In this document: in pieces, positions 14,780-30,489 of the stretch | Layout of the letters: the number at the start of each line of letters is the position of its first letter | Numbering within the stretch: the first letter of the stretch is position 1 | Notes under the pieces: generated by a model | What the model was told of the DNA's origin: nothing | Database searches by the model: none | The model's input: only the letters and a program-made list of their open reading frames with translations | Made by a program: the position numbers and the translations under genes | Assembly: GCF_000150275.1 (NCBI RefSeq) | Contig: NW_002060947.1 | Coordinates: 1,295,199 to 1,359,198, forward strand | Source of the DNA: Trichoplax adhaerens | Taxonomy: Eukaryota > Animalia > Placozoa | Reading direction: 5' to 3' | Length of the DNA: 64,000 nt

Positions 14780-15130
14780 AAGGCTATCTGCAGTACTGTA
14801 CGAGGGATATAGAAGCGAGAAATAAGCTGTCTGCATATCGATATCGTATAATTCAATCATAATATGGCTCAGAAACAAAATTTAATGGCGACCAAACAAA
14901 TTTCTATCATATCATAAATGAAACTAGAATCTAGATTTAAACGAAATTTCACGTTTAAGATAATTTACTTTCCCAAAAGTGAACAGATCCTTACGCTCAA
15001 TTATATTATTTTATACTATACTAAATATAGAAATTAAGTGAATAAAAAATGGAAAGTTATTCGCAGTAAAAGGGGTATAGCAGCGAAAAATGGGCAATCT
15101 GCATATGGATGTCGAATAATACAATCATAA
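14780..15130. repeat. Old local duplication (~80-bp similar blocks about 270 bp apart)
   Basis: GCAGTA..GGG.TATAG.AGCGA.AAAT....TCTGCATAT.GAT.TCG.ATAAT.CAATCATAA is found at about 14790-14862 and 15063-15130. Confidence 0.6.
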
Positions 15131-18100
15131 AACTTGATTTGGAAGCAGCATTTCCAAATAAGAAACAATACGTAACCTTTAAATACAAATGAATACCAGT
15201 AGAGTATTTTTATTCCTTCATAAATATCTCTCTAACCATAAGTCAACTGAATTGGTATTGTCGCTATAACTATAGGGGCTCAAATAGTCAATATCTATCT
15301 CTTTCGTTTTTAGTTCTGGGCTATTTCCAAGGCAACTATTAAATAATATTTATTATCCAACTTTTAGATATAAATATTTATTGCCAAAGAGAAATTATCA
15401 TATTCACAGAAATTAATTTTTAATTATCAATCGGATCTTCATCAGCCGTTAAAAAGTAATTACTCACTTTGTTTACGCGAAAAACTATCATACAGTACGT
15501 CGCCAAACAAATAGAGAGATTCACATGGTGTAAATTGCATTTTAAGCTAAAAAAATCAATGTAAATCTGAATTAGTTCACATCAAAACGGAAAAATCACC
15601 TTAGTAAATCAATTAATTTACTCCTTTAATTCTTACTTTCTTATTAGAAGTAAGCTCAAAATTATAACATTATTAGCGAGAATATTTCAATTCTATATAA
15701 ATATAGTATTTGAGGTAACCTGCTTAAGGACTAAATATTACTATAAAATAAACATAATCTAGATGTAATAAATGCATCTCACAGTAACTATCTTAGTCAA
15801 ATGGTATTTTCTAAAAGGCTTTTATTACAAGGGTTTAGGAATAGTAGAGCAATATTTAATTACTAGAAGAATCTAGTCTAAAATCTAAAATATTCCGAGC
15901 TCAAAGCGAAGTAAAGTCTCTTCTCCCCTGTGAGCTCATCTACGCAGTTCTTATAAACATTTCGTTAAATCCATTTATGACAACTTGATTGATCTGCAAT
16001 CAGACATGGGTCATCAAACAAAATAATTTTCTCTAATAGTATATCATTATTTTCTACAATCTAAATCATTCTACTTAAGATGTCTCTACTCTTCTATTAA
16101 CGTCTAGGCCCTTTCTCCGAAGGGCATCTTAACAACTACAGTATTTCTAGCTACATAAATCTTGTACCATAATTAGTCAACCGGCTACTAATAGTCATCA
16201 ACAATTTCGAATATAGTAGTTAGCTATCATCTAATATTAGCTTCACGATAATATCTACTCAAAGTAGCCTAACTATATCAAATATGGCTATCCGTATAAT
16301 CAAATATGGGTGCATCACTACACTAGATTACTACTACCATAAGATAGCGACTATGTCTAGGTTAATACCAGAAAATATTAAGGGTCATTTATTAGCTACA
16401 ATACTTTAGGCACACTACTCGATCAGAAATAAAGTAGTAACTATAAAATACATTTCCGATAGATCCTTTCGTGATAGGTAATTCTTATTGAATAGTCACA
16501 ATAAAGAGTTTTTTCGATCATTTAAAATTTTATAGTATTACACTACCTCAATAGAATATAATAACAGGATTGACAACATGATTATATTTTACAACTAATA
16601 AGTTCACCTCATAAATAGCTGTTCAAAAACGGACTGAAAGTATTAGAAATATAAATTAGAACGTAAATTCTCTATATCATCGCTAGGTGCACTGGATAGT
16701 ATCTAATATTCAACAAACTATACACAGGACAATTAACAATATCCAGCAGTAACCAGCTGCTGCAAATTTATGGTATGCATTGAAACAAATAAATTGATAC
16801 AATGTTTTTGCACACTTTCCTTTTCTTATGCTGTTACGGATCAGGCAATTGAAAAATCATAACAATATTCTATTTTGAAACAATGAGAATCGCCATAGGG
16901 ACTGTTCGATACAAATATTTAAAATCTTAATACTATATTTAGTGAACAGTATTTCCCACATCTTACAGTGTGTTCATCAATCATCGAATGTGTATATCTC
17001 TTAACTTGCTATCAATTATAGATTATACTAATAAAAAAGAAAAGTAAACTCTGACTCTTTCCGAATATTTTCTTTAAGATAATTTTAAATAAATTGAATT
17101 GATGAAAAATTAATGATGGATTCGCTTCATCTACTCAAAAATTAATTTAAAAATCGTTTGCTTTATTATCATATTCCTTATTATTTATTAAGTTACAAGG
17201 GCACAGTCTATTTGCTTGCCCTTTATGAGATAGAACCATTTCTATTGCAAATAGATAAAGCACAATATATCAGCCTAAGTATATCTGTCTTGATTTGAAA
17301 TGGATGTATGATGAGTTTATTAACCTATAAAACAGTGAACATTCATCTCGCACTGCTGATTCAAATTTCTCTAATTCGATAAATAAATAATGTAATATCA
17401 ATTCTGAAACTATCTCAAATTCGATCCAACCATTGTTTCGTATGATAGCGATCTTTATTTTGAAATCGCTATGCATGGTGTGCTAGTTTGATTTATTCAC
17501 TGCAATCGTTAGCAATGATTGTGTTGTAATGATTCTTACTAAATAAAAATGATGAATCATCTAAATACTCATTTAAAATATATTCTCCTGGTTTATTCTT
17601 CGTCGAATTTTGTATATTTCCTAATTAAAATCTTCTATTAGTAAAATATTCACTCAGAAACAGATCATATTATATTATTATATACAGTATAAGGCCAACT
17701 GAGAACTCATCTCTTACTACAATTTAATACTTAGCTTATAAATTATTAAGCTTAGTTCGATGCACATCGCTTCTGATATAATATCATTAAATACAGAGAG
17801 GTAACTGTACCCTTTGAACAGCTATGATCACGTAAATATACAGCAACCTCACCATTGACCTTTAACCTAACTTCATTATACCTAATTAAATATGGATTAG
17901 CAGATATTAAATTTTTCGTTCTATTCTTCACATATACATACATTTCTAAGAATTGTCATAAGATATACGTATACGGCTTTTACAATCAAAAATTTCTGAA
18001 TGATTAATAACGTTCTTGACTGATAAAATCGTTCCTGTCTTTTTCAAGTACACAATTTCCTATCCTGATGAGAGATTGAATTGATGCTTATGCATATTTT

Positions 18101-21100
18101 CATCGCCATTAGCTAAAATTTACTAATTTAATCGATATTGAGGATGCATTAGTAATCGATTACATAGATAGTGATATTAAATAATAAAGCCTCGGATAAC
18201 TCAGTCCAAAAATTGGTAATGGTCAATATTAATCTTCTATATATCTGTTAGAAGATATTGAAAACAACCGAATTTTAGGTGCAAAGAGTGACAATTACAA
18301 TTCATATATTCATTGTCACTATCTGAGCTCTAATCAAATAGACGTTAACATTGCAAACAAAACTAGCGTTAGGCCGGAGATAATATATTTGATTTTCTTG
18401 CCTACCACATCGTAAAAGGATAATCTAACACTATATTTATAAGCATCCTAATACATTTTGTAATGTTATCGTGTTTAAATTACTTTTAAGAATCTATCCA
18501 TTCCGAAATTCGACTTGATATCTGTCTCTTATATCCAGATTATCATTTAACTATTACTCATGTAGGATCTAACGCTATTAGAAAATGGGATAGTACGTTT
18601 GATTTCTATTCTTATACACTCTATAGACCAACAAATATGAGAATTTCAGTACCTTCTATATTTTATCAGTATTGTACTATATTAATTCTAGAATCAATTG
18701 TAAATGTGCTATTCGCGAAATTAAGTACAAGACAAGAGTGGCATCTAACAGCAGCTAAATACTTGTAGTTTTAAAATAACAGGTCACGGATTCTTATTAA
18801 TTGTTGCCCGCGGTCAGTTACAAATCATTAGAGCAAGGACATTGCAAAATCGTAAATGGTGAATAAGATTGGTAGCCTTGTTTATCATTGCCTCAATATT
18901 GGATTAAAGGTAGTACCGACCAATACTTTCGTTTTTTCTTTGTTACATATTATTACCCTCAATAGTTCCGATTTCGCTAGTATATTGGTCGAAAAACTGG
19001 GATTGTTTAACAACACAATTAGTAAGCAGCCCACTGTCATTCCAATTGATCTTTGGGTAAATTAATCGTAAATTTGACTCTTATCTCCTAAACATGATTG
19101 GAAATGGAATAATTATTTAATTACTTCATAAGTCAAGCTACAATAATAACGATGATCATGATTAATGTATATGTTATACATATTTCTCCTCATATCTAGT
19201 TTTTTAACTATGTATTGTTTGACATTATTTAGAGATAGCTACGAATTTTACCTACCATGACAACAACCACTGTGTTAAATAATTTCATCGTCTTAAATGA
19301 TAGCTAATAAATGGATGATAACTTATACGCAGCAAATAATATCGCAAGACCAACAATGTCTTAGATATTTAATCCTTTCAATTTTTTATTTACAAAATTT
19401 TCATCAATGAAACCAAGCTAAAATTATATCTGTAGTTCTTTCTACAGTTGAAATTAGTTTAGATGTGACGATGTAAGTGAAGAATAATTCACTTATACCC
19501 TAATATAGCTAATAATGATTGGTGGGATATATTAATATACAATTAAGCGGAATTCGCAGCAGAATTCGTTAAAAAATCTTTTCAGAATTTTTGTAATAAT
19601 TAGTTTGTTAATTTCTATCCATTCGCATAATATATGATCGATTTTACGGCATTTATAAATTAATTCTTATAACAGATATTATTTATTCATTGTAATTCAA
19701 TTTTGCTTCAATGGTAATTAAAAAATTAAAACTGTAGATAATTGACAACGCCCCATACCATGCCCATCAGTAAATAAAGTAGAAAATTTATCAAGCCATA
19801 CTTCCTTAACACTTCCAGCGACGTCATTACTAGCCTTGAAAGTTCTATCAGTGATAGCGATTATTCATGACTGTTTCAAAAATGAGACTGCTACGTCTAA
19901 TATATATGTAAGGTCTAGAAATGAAATTTTGCAAAGCTTAGCATTAGCGTACGTATACGAGCATTGCTAAAAATTTAGTTAGTGTACTTGTATTATACAC
20001 TAGATACTCAAGAAGAATAAATAATGTAAGGATAGAATAGCACCGCCATCAAGTGACCTTGAAGAGTTATAACTATCTCTTATTCTTGTCAAGTACACAG
20101 TAAGTCCTTAAGTGTTGCATAAATAACCTACTGCATCGCACCGATGATACCTCTAGCTCTGATACATAACTTCATTATACTACTACATTTTCAAGCTAAA
20201 CGATTTTATAGTAACACTTTTAATCGCTTAGTGCCCTACTATCATTAAGCTTTTTGTATTAACATACTCATTTTACAAAAGATAAATATTAAATAGTATC
20301 AACTATTTGAGGCCATAATGAAAAATGAATAAATAATATCGTATTGCAGTTCTATTTACGATCATAAAATTGGAATGCATCAAATTAATATCTAATCACA
20401 CTCAACTTGATTTGAATGAAATCAACAATGAAATAGCAATAAAGTCTTATTCTTATCTTAATTATACTTTACTTCTTTAACAATTAGAATGATGCATTTA
20501 TATTGCTGGTTAATTAACGCCATGTAACGCTACTAAATAAAATGAATAATAATTTGAGGGTTATGTATTTTTTCTATACCATAAACTTTGGTTTACACTA
20601 AGAAATCTTGTCTTATCCATTTTGCAATTAAATTTATTTCAGAATATAAATTTTAACTTATTATGGCACAGTGACAACAATTTTTCTTCAATTATAGCTG
20701 AATCTATGCCTATTTGGTAATGTAACACGAGTAGTCAGATGAGAAGTTCTATTTAAAATGAAGTGAGAAAATTAATTTTGAAAGATTTTGTTATTAGCTA
20801 TGGTACGTAATTTATTTGTAGTATTTGCATTTTTTTTGTAATATCAGTACCTGCGTACAATTCCTGCAAATGACCCAATATCTCTCTATTTACATGTTTT
20901 ACTACCGAGTTTGATGCACTAAATTTAAAGCTATTTCGTCTCGATACAATGTAATTGCTTTACAAGAACTATTCTTGACATAGACTGAATAGCACTACTT
21001 GGATATTTAAAGCTATTACAGTCATTTGGCGATTGTAATAATTCTGTTTTTGAGACATACTTGTTTCTATTGAGATTTCAGCCATATTTTTTAATATCTG

Positions 21101-21111
21101 TATGAGTTAGC

Positions 21112-21131
21112 TATATATATATATATATATA
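21112..21131. repeat. (TA)n microsatellite
   Basis: Direct reading of the sequence. Confidence 0.9.
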
Positions 21132-24100
21132 ACATGCGTACGGTAAATATATGTAAGATACAATTAATGCTTGTGTAAATATCATGGTACCTATCTTGTC
21201 ACGAAAAAAATCATTTCAAAATGTTATATAATATTCAATGGATTATTGAATTATACTTGACTGCGCATGAATTTAGTTTTCAATAAATACATTTAGTAAT
21301 ACTCCATATTAATAATTAATTAATAATTAGTATAACTACAATAAATAATCCATGATTGGCTGTTAACTTCGATCGTTACTAATAGAGAGGAAGGAGTTTA
21401 TTATTTAATTTTCGTACAGAAAACTAAAATTCAACATGTAAACATTGTTAATATAAGTTTTACACATTACTATTGATGTAGAAATATTTTTATTTATATC
21501 ACACACAATAGTTACTACTGGTTTTCTTAACAGAATGCATGATAGAGGTTTAATCAGCCGATTTCGAAAACCAGTATGGAAAATTATATCACTGACAACA
21601 TTTCAGATTGGACAGCCCTATAAAATTGAATATTTGTTTTGATAACGATTATTTAATGATCTAATGTTGCTTAGCTTGTTTCATACAATCGTGCTGACTC
21701 TAAAATAAAAGCCGCCAAGTCAACAATGTCTATAAATAATCAATCCTTGACTATAAGCCGACAAATTGATTGGCTGTTGTAAAGTAATTCAGTTGTTTAG
21801 TAATAAAAGGAAGGGTCCTTTTCAGTATTGTAAGCTATCACCGTACGATATCGCAGTTATACGATGTCTAGCTTTGATCCTATAATTTGATTGAATTGTG
21901 TATCGGCCTCATACTATCCAAATAAGCCATGACGCAATAGGATATAGAGGAAGAGATTTACGCTTATGATTAGATCGATCGATATATGTAGGATCTTGAC
22001 AATGTTGCAAGATATCTGAAGGTAGAGCCAATAGATTCTATTTGATGAAGATATTAATAACAATATAATTTAAACAGTATTAGCCTGCATTGGATACAGT
22101 AAATTTCATCCTAGGAAAATGTTTTACAATTTCAATTTAAATCAATGTAACTGTACAGATTAATTATACACGAATTGTTAAGCTATCTTGTAAAGTAATA
22201 AAATGAGATAGTATAAATGTACTTATACATCATTTACAACAGAATCGAAGGAAATGGTCTAATTTAATAACTAGAGCATCCATATAGCAATCACTCTTAG
22301 ACTAGACCTGTATGATAAAATGGTTGAATTTTTGTTGAATGGTTGAAAAGTGCAGCTGCTCAATATTTACCGTTATACGATTTATCCATTTATCTAGTAA
22401 ATAGATATAATACCTACATCTACAAATAGATCAATCTATAATGCATAGGAGGAGTCAATAATTTATGGCCACTTCTGAATTCATTTACAAAAATATCTCG
22501 TTGTGTATTACTATTGCAATAGTCAAGCCTTTACAGTTATTATTTTTAGCTATAATCCCTGCTTCATTTGAACTATCATCAAAGTGACAATCTCTAACCA
22601 GCATAGAATTTTAAAATGACCATGATCAACTTCAATGACTTCCGATTATCGATATATTATATTCATATGTTAATAGATAGAATGATTGTTTTGAGATGAT
22701 CGACATTGAAAAATGTCGTGGCCTACAAACCCCAGTTTATTATCCTCCATACTAAAGACACAACATTGATTGTTCTATTCATTAATATTGCCGTCAACGA
22801 AGATTACTATCATAGTGCTGTAGATCGGTGTAGATTGATGACCATAATAACCACACTTTAGCCAGTAAAGTGTGGTCTACGGTAATATTGCTCGATACTC
22901 GTTATTAATCCATTTGTATCAGTAGGCGAATATAGCTTTCACTATTCAATTTTCATCAGTTAGAATACTACAGGAAAAGAAGAAATATTATTGGCTTGCC
23001 GTTTAGCTACTTTAGCTACTCATGAAAACGATGATGTAAATCGTCCTCTTAAATTGACTATTCTTGTGTCTTTTCAAGTTCTCAAATTGAAGTAAATTAA
23101 GACACACTTTGGACAAGATTGAATTATTTTGGTTATTTTAACGGAAAAAGCACGTAGATGATGATAATAGATTGTAAGGAAAGAGAGTAAGAACAGAGAA
23201 AAACAAAAACTTAGATAAGATAATAAGAGAATAGAATTGAATAGAATGGTAGAAAAAAGGAATACAAATCGATTTAATGAGATGGTGAATAGAACCAGTT
23301 GGACTGGCTATTCTTTCTATAGCCATCGTATTCAACTTGATTGATTCATTGATTGTATCTTAACTAATTTAGTTATGTTATATTAATATACAAGTTATTA
23401 TCTTATTGCCTATTGAGTTGGAATCTTTTATCTCTTGATTATTGGCCATTTTCTATTGTTGTTGTTACTTACATAACAACAAGACAATAATAGCATCAAC
23501 ACAATACGTAAACATAAAAAAAATAGCATTACCAATGTCCCCCAACAACCAACGGGATAGCGGCTAGCATGATTGGGATTGTTGATGTCGGCAATGGCCA
23601 TAAGAAGAAGGCATTTGCCAAAGTAGTCGGGACAAGATTAGTAGAAGAGGATGATGAGTAGAGGTACTGTTTGATACGCTTAGCTTGAATCACATTAGCT
23701 AAATTTAGAGGGGGTACGATATTTTACTGGATAGTATTAGCCTTTGACTAACACCATTTAGCAACAAGCTACTGTAATAGCATTGCTGAGATGCAAAGTG
23801 CAGCAAATTACCTTATTATTGATTAATCAGAACTTGTTGGCTCACTATAGGCAACTCTTGATGACAACGTTGATACTAGAATTATCTTCATCACCTTTTT
23901 TCACCCCCTTTTTGGACTTCAGTTGAATCACGCTAGACTGAAGGACGCGGTAGAATATTACTTCGACATTCTATTCAACTAACCGCATTTGCAACATTGG
24001 AGTCAATAGGATACCTATCCATAAACCTCAAGGTGACAATTAATTGATGATTATAATATCGTTGCCTCACTAGGCTATTACTTGATTATTAGTATCTTGC

Positions 24101-25905
24101 CTTGGTCTTTATTGACATCAATCTAATTTTGACTTTGCCATCGATAAAAAAATTATTCTACTCATACTACAGGTAACAACTAGTTATTTTTTATCTTTTC
24201 TTCTTCAGTAAATACAACCAATATCAAGTCATTTTCATATTGGATGCTAACTATTACTTTTATTTGAGGTTTCTTTTACGTTTCCATTTTTTTCCCTTCC
24301 TCTACTCTTGTATCTATCTTATCTACATCTCGCAATTTCGGCTATTTTCTCTCTTTGATTGGAATTTTTGATACACATAGAATACTAATTTAGATGATAT
24401 ATGTATTATATTTTGGGGGAAATGGAATAATAATCATTGCAAGCAATCATTTGAATATGATTTTTGGACGATAAGAATCATTTCGATTTGATTAAATTAT
24501 TATGATTGTTCAACTAAAAGTTTTTTGACTCTTTTATGAAAACGATCAAGAAGATATCCTTACAGCTATTTTAATTCTTTTACTATTTGATAAACTTGAA
24601 GATAGATTACTGAGTCTAGAGAAGAGATTTTAGTCAATACATGGATAGCATGGTAATCATGACCAATAAAAAATCCTCACATTTTACTCTTGTAGTAATG
24701 TCATACGCTCGTATTTCATATAATGTCATAATGAGCGAAAGCATAGCGTCCGGAAAAATTGCTAATTTCTGTTTTGGGGGTTGTTATTATTCCTAAAGTG
24801 ATGCTAGCATTATTTTACAAACTGCCTAAAACATGGCTTTCTTTTACTCTGCATTTGATTGATTTGGTAATGGATGTTAGTGAAATGGATTCAAAATTAC
24901 AATTAGATCAGACTTTTCAGAATTTGTATTGATTAACATTATTAGATCATGATGACTAATTCGACGTAACTGATTGCACAATACGACCTAACTGATAACT
25001 TTCCTTACTGTATAAAAGTATTTCTTGATCGGTATAACTAACCATCTTGATTTGGTTTTCCTATTCCGTTTTAAATTGACAATGTTGAAAAGTATCATCA
25101 GATCAAATAGGTTTTATTGGTGGCAAGATGCTGGATTGCTATCTATTTTTAATTCCATCGTCTTATCAACTCAATCTTGTCCTTTTTCTTTATCGCCCTT
25201 TGCTAACACTAGACATATTGTAGCTGTAGAGGTAATTTAATAATCCCTTAACCTTTTATTGCAATATTATTGAAATATTAATCCAGTGTTATCATACCGT
25301 AAATATTTTGCCAAGATTTTTTTATCTAGTATGTGATAACATTAACTGCCTTAAAAAGAATTGTTGAGACTATGCTTGGTGCCAAGAAATAATCCAGTTG
25401 CCATTTTTTTTTATTTTCACTCGCCTATATTACCCATAATCTACTCGTTGTGCCTTATTGCTATATGATTACTCAGCGGCTACCATTTCCTTATTTTTTA
25501 TTTTTTAATGCGCTGATTTACAATAATGATCAAATAGCAAACCTCAATTTATTTTCTCCCTTTGACTAAATGTAACTATTTTGTTAACAACAGCTACTTG
25601 TGAATAATATTATTTTAGCTCTCTGTAGTATCTGAAATAGTCAATGCACAATTTTTTTTCGATATCGAATGAAATTTGCATAGGATAGTAACATTTGACG
25701 TTGGATCTAATAATAACCTTGTTTGCTGTTTTCTCTCCTATTTCTATGTCTATATTTAAGTCAAGAACGTGCACGGCTGCCACTAACTTAATTTCTGGTA
25801 AGTTTCAAAAAAGGCTAAAATAGATCACTGATCCAACTTTGTCTTGCCTAGTTGGTTACTATTAAGATGCAATGACAAAAATAAAACAAATTATTTTCAA
25901 CGCTT

Positions 25906-25920
25906 GTTATTGATGACAAC
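25906..25920 (+). promoter_or_regulatory. Loose RFX X-box-like site upstream of the candidate PDE10 first exon
   Basis: GTTATTGATGACAAC, followed by a GGCAAC half-site, about 120 bp before the ATG at 26042. Imperfect match to the consensus. Confidence 0.25.
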
Positions 25921-26041
25921 AAGGCAACTATCTAATCCTATTACCATACAATTATTTCGTTGTCAAATAAAAATATAGAGTCCAGAAAATCGACTACACA
26001 GAAATAGCAATCACTTATATCACGCTAATTCTTTCAAGCCG

Positions 26042-26222
26042 ATGTCATCGCCTGCTAAGCATTCCACTAATGCACGCCGGACGGTCTTGCTGCCCGATAT
26101 TAAATCGGGTAGTAATGGTCATCGTAAACAGCGCGCTGTTGTATTAACGACTACATCGTTAGAAAAGCGAAATTACAATCGATCATCTAATTTCGTCGAA
26201 TTTGACAAGAATTTCCATATAG
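26042..26222 (+). CDS. PDE10A: Candidate first coding exon of the PDE10-like gene
   Basis: ATG-initiated, relatively GC/CpG-rich frame MSSPAKHSTNARRTVLLPDIK...NFVEFDKNFHI ending at a perfect donor AG|GTAAGT after 181 nt (phase 1). Its last G plus the TG at 44474 rebuilds the conserved Val of VK(S/A)YL. There is no recognisable homology within the exon itself. Confidence 0.5.
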
Positions 26223-28799
26223 GTAAGTCATTGAGTAGTTTTATATTTGATTTGGTAGATAGGTTATCGCCTACTATGAAGGCATTGAATCAGGTTTGAA
26301 TCAGAAATGATATCATGTTACACTGTCGGATTGCCCTTACATCATTTAAATCAACTCCTTTTCAAGTAAAGAACATTTTTGATTTTAAGACATCATTTCA
26401 TAGATCATATTTATCATGATTATTTATCTTTTAATTTCATTCCTTCCCGCAAATCAATACTTAACCCAATCAACTAGAGTGAACCCATTTCTATCGACAA
26501 AAAATTCTTCTTATTTTCAACCCAAAATAATATCTTGCTATCATGCAGCTTGTATGCTAATTAGCCATCTCTTAAATCAAATTAAACTAGCGAAAGAGCA
26601 CCGAAAGATTACTTTCGCCCATTACAAATAGTTGAACACCATTTTAAGAAACGAATCAACGGAATGCATTCTAATACTACCATCAGCAACAATTTCTAAT
26701 ATTGATATTATCTTCTATTTGGACAACATTAACAATGTGTGGTATAGCATTTATGGACCCGCAAAAAGTTGTCAACGATTGGCAGTTTTAGCATTCAATA
26801 ACGATGTAAACTAAGCCTTTTTGTAGTATCGGCTAAGCATTCGGTTAGAACGGCTAATGTGATGGGAAAACAAAATGATATTAGAAATGTTTATGGACAT
26901 TTTTATCGCCTGTAATCTCCGTTGCATGGGGCTGGCAAAAAGAAATCAATTCATTATAGCACCCATCATTCAATAGTAATAATGCCCTTTTTAATGGTAT
27001 TAGAAGAATAAGGATGAGTTGAAAAAGAAATGAAGAGGGAGAACTGCTCAGGTATATGATGGAAAATGAAATTGCTGCTGCAGTCGATTAATGTAGATCC
27101 TGACTACTCTAGTTGTTAGAATGAAGGCCATAAAATCAAACTAAAAGTGCTTTGAAATGGATCCAATGGTACCAACGGAAGAATAATAATTATGCTGATT
27201 TATACTTTATCTAGCATCAATCAAATTAAGAAAGTACTTTTTATTATTTACTACTTCTAGCAAACCTCCTTTATCTGTACCCGATCGATATTAGGGTTGT
27301 AATCGGTGGCGTAGTGATACCTAAAAAGTTTTTATTTGAACTTTATTTTCAATGCATTTCCGAGTATACTTGATTGTTCACTTCAGACACAAGCATTTCC
27401 TTTTTCTCTATAAAAATAACTCCATGATTTGTCATTCTATTTTTCATATTTGAAATTGGTATTATTGCTATGTTTGCTCATTGCGATAATCTACCAATCA
27501 ACTGTATAGAGTCATAGAATTCATTAAACGGAAACGACCTGGAGTACTTTAATAACAGCATGATCATGTTGATAGCCTTATAACAGCTGGTGCAAGCCCA
27601 AATAGGGAATAAGAAATTGAGATTTATGCATTGGAACAACGTCAACATCTATCGATATTCAAAGTATGGTATTCCTTTAATCAAGGGGAAAATGGATTAC
27701 CACTAGTATTTTGTCCCAAATTATTTCATTGGAAATGTAATATTCTCACCATGAGCAAGAGATGTTGTTTTAATGCTGAAATCTAGTCTTATTGATTGAC
27801 CTTTATCCCCCCTTTCTGTTGCAATGGGTATTAAAATACCTAAGTTATGATTAGTCATATTTATTTATCAACACTTATCTAATTCAACCAGTCAAATTAA
27901 AGATTAACTTTGTCTCACACGAGGTCAAGTTAGATTTACTAATGGATTCAAAAGCGAAAATGGAAACTAGTAAATTAACCTTTCTTAACTTGAATGAATG
28001 CATAGCAGACAAATGTTGAATTGATTTATCCAATTTTAGGCGTGGATGTCAAACGTTCTTAGTAACTATTTGAATCTTTCCAAAGTAATCCACTTGGTAA
28101 AACTTTAGCTTTTTAAAGTTATTCCATTACGGTCGCTTGACCACTACTTAGTATTAATAGTATAAGGTCTTACTTGAACTTTTTCTTCAATGTCTTGATG
28201 ATATGAGATATTCTAGCACAAAGTTTGAATTAGTTGGTGTGATTTATGATATTCTATCGTAATAGACTAGGATACTTTTAACGGAAGAGAATCATAAATG
28301 TGGATAGTTTTATCCAACGCTATCCTCCTGAATGGGTAAATTTAGGAAATGAAAATTTTGATTCTTTAGTTGGATCATGTCATCGTTTTCGCTATCGCCA
28401 TCCAATGTCATCTGTATTCCATCTACAAATGATGTTATAGTTTCAAAGTAATGCCTTTACTCCATTCTCGATATTGTCAAGATTGGAGTGGATGCAATGA
28501 ACGCTACTGCTATTAGGCTAAAGAAGGGTAGAGGAATATCTTTCTGCATCGGGTAGGCAATTCGAGGAGGAGTATCTATCGGAACATGAAAATTAGTTGG
28601 ACAATCTTTTTGTATCTTGAAATTGTTCCTAATGGAACAAATGGCTAATGGAATGCCCACTAAATTGAGAGATGTTACTTATTGCTTGGCATCCCCTTTA
28701 TACAATTATAGTATACAATCGTGCAATTTTACCACTGATGTATGTCTTTTATTGCAACTACCAAAATTGATGATGCCCTATAAGGTTTTTATTTAGCAA

Positions 28800-29460
28800 C
28801 GTCAGAAATACTTTTCAATATTCTCACAGTTATCGTATGATCATCTCAGGTAAGGGATATCCACGCATGAGACCTTCATCCATAGCGTTGAGAAAATGAT
28901 TTACTCATGATCGACTTTTCTCTATCCAACAACATTGTATATTAGTGGACATAAGATGGTCAAGAATACTTTTGATATTCTCAAAGTTATCGTACAGTCC
29001 AGGTTATCCCAGGTGAACGATCTACTTATTGACGAGGCCTCAAATCAAAGCGTTAACATTATGAGTTATCCATGATCAACTTTCCTCTCTCCAACAACAT
29101 TCTATATCTGACATCGTATAAGATCTTCAGAAAATGTTTCAATATTTTCAAAGTGATCCTATAACACAGGCTATCCCCGGTAAAGATATCGGGACTTCTG
29201 AGACTTTCGATTATAGCGTTAACAGCATGCCTTCCAGATAATGATCAACTCTCCTGCTTCCAATCGCATTCTACAGTATATCTGGTGTCCTAAAATCGTC
29301 CGAATTACTTTCAAATATTCTCAAAGTGATTGTATAATAATTATGACATCGGTCATTCCAAGCAAAAGATATCCACTTATGAGACCTCCATCGATAGCGT
29401 TAAGACATTGACTTAGTCATGATGTAATTTTCTCTTTCCAACAACACTCTACATCCGGCA
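28800..29460. repeat. Degenerate tandem repeat, ~160-175-bp unit, 4 copies
   Basis: ATATTCTCAAAGTTATCGTA...ATAGCGTT...CATGATCAACTTT.CTCT.TCCAACAACATT recurs, with units starting near 28806, 28965, 29130 and 29303. Confidence 0.85.
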
Positions 29461-30489
29461 TGATTGCAAACACAAGGTATCAATTTATCCGCTAATAAAA
29501 TCCCCATACCAAGTGTCTATCTTAACGCAGAACGGATGTTTTGAAATGATTCTCCTATTGCAATGGTGGGAAATAAGTCCAGAATTGATGATAGAAATAG
29601 AAAGCTATCACGCTGATTGTACATTACCACGAGAGCAGTATTAATCATTTCGATCAACGGGTAATAATTACTTCTATTGATATAAATTGATGAATTCACA
29701 GTAGAATGGATACTCAAACTTTGGCATCCTACTGTGATCGCTTGGACAGTATATCCTTCTCGTTTTCTATTCTGCTACTTTATATCATTGTCCTCCTTAT
29801 TGTTGCTACCGTTCCAATTCAAAGATTGGAGAGATATTGCAATAGGATGTATTTTAGCCATGGATTTCCTTTGGCTTTCCCTCCACTCCAATGCTGTCGA
29901 TTGGAGTGTATAGCACTAGTGCCTTGCTTAATCATGATTGAGAAGACATTATTTATGATAATATTGAAGAAAGAATCCAATCGGATGGATCAAAATGAAA
30001 TGACAGTTACAATGATGATGCAACAACTGCCATTTCTCATGGATAGTCAGTCCAAGGTGTCAAGACTGTTGCAGCCTTATTGACTGTAAAGTAACAGATT
30101 TCTCCATTTTCAAGTAGTATAATGACAATTGCTGAATACTAATGTGATCAAGGCAGTTAAAATTGTATTTCTATTCTTTTCGACCATAATTTGCCAATTG
30201 AATTGTAATTGATGACGATTCAATGGGATAACGGCGTGATACTACGGCATAATGTCGATAGGAGATGATTCACAACTGGATGAATTAATCCGTCAGCGCA
30301 TGGAGAATTCTTCTTCTTGATTCTTCATCTTCTTCTTCTTTATTATTATTACCATTATTATTATTCTCAAGTTGTCAAGAAAATACATTAGCAATAGAGT
30401 ATTGAACGATGTTGAAGACAATGAATCATTGAAAACGACAGCACGAGTAGAATATGGCACACTTTGATCATTCTTTACCTTCAACATAT

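Noticed and set aside
27029-27051. Alternative PDE10 first exon (ATG AAG AGG GAG AAC TGC TCA G|GTATAT)
   Set aside because: Phase-compatible, but very short with a weaker donor than 26042-26222. It cannot be excluded but has no supporting evidence.
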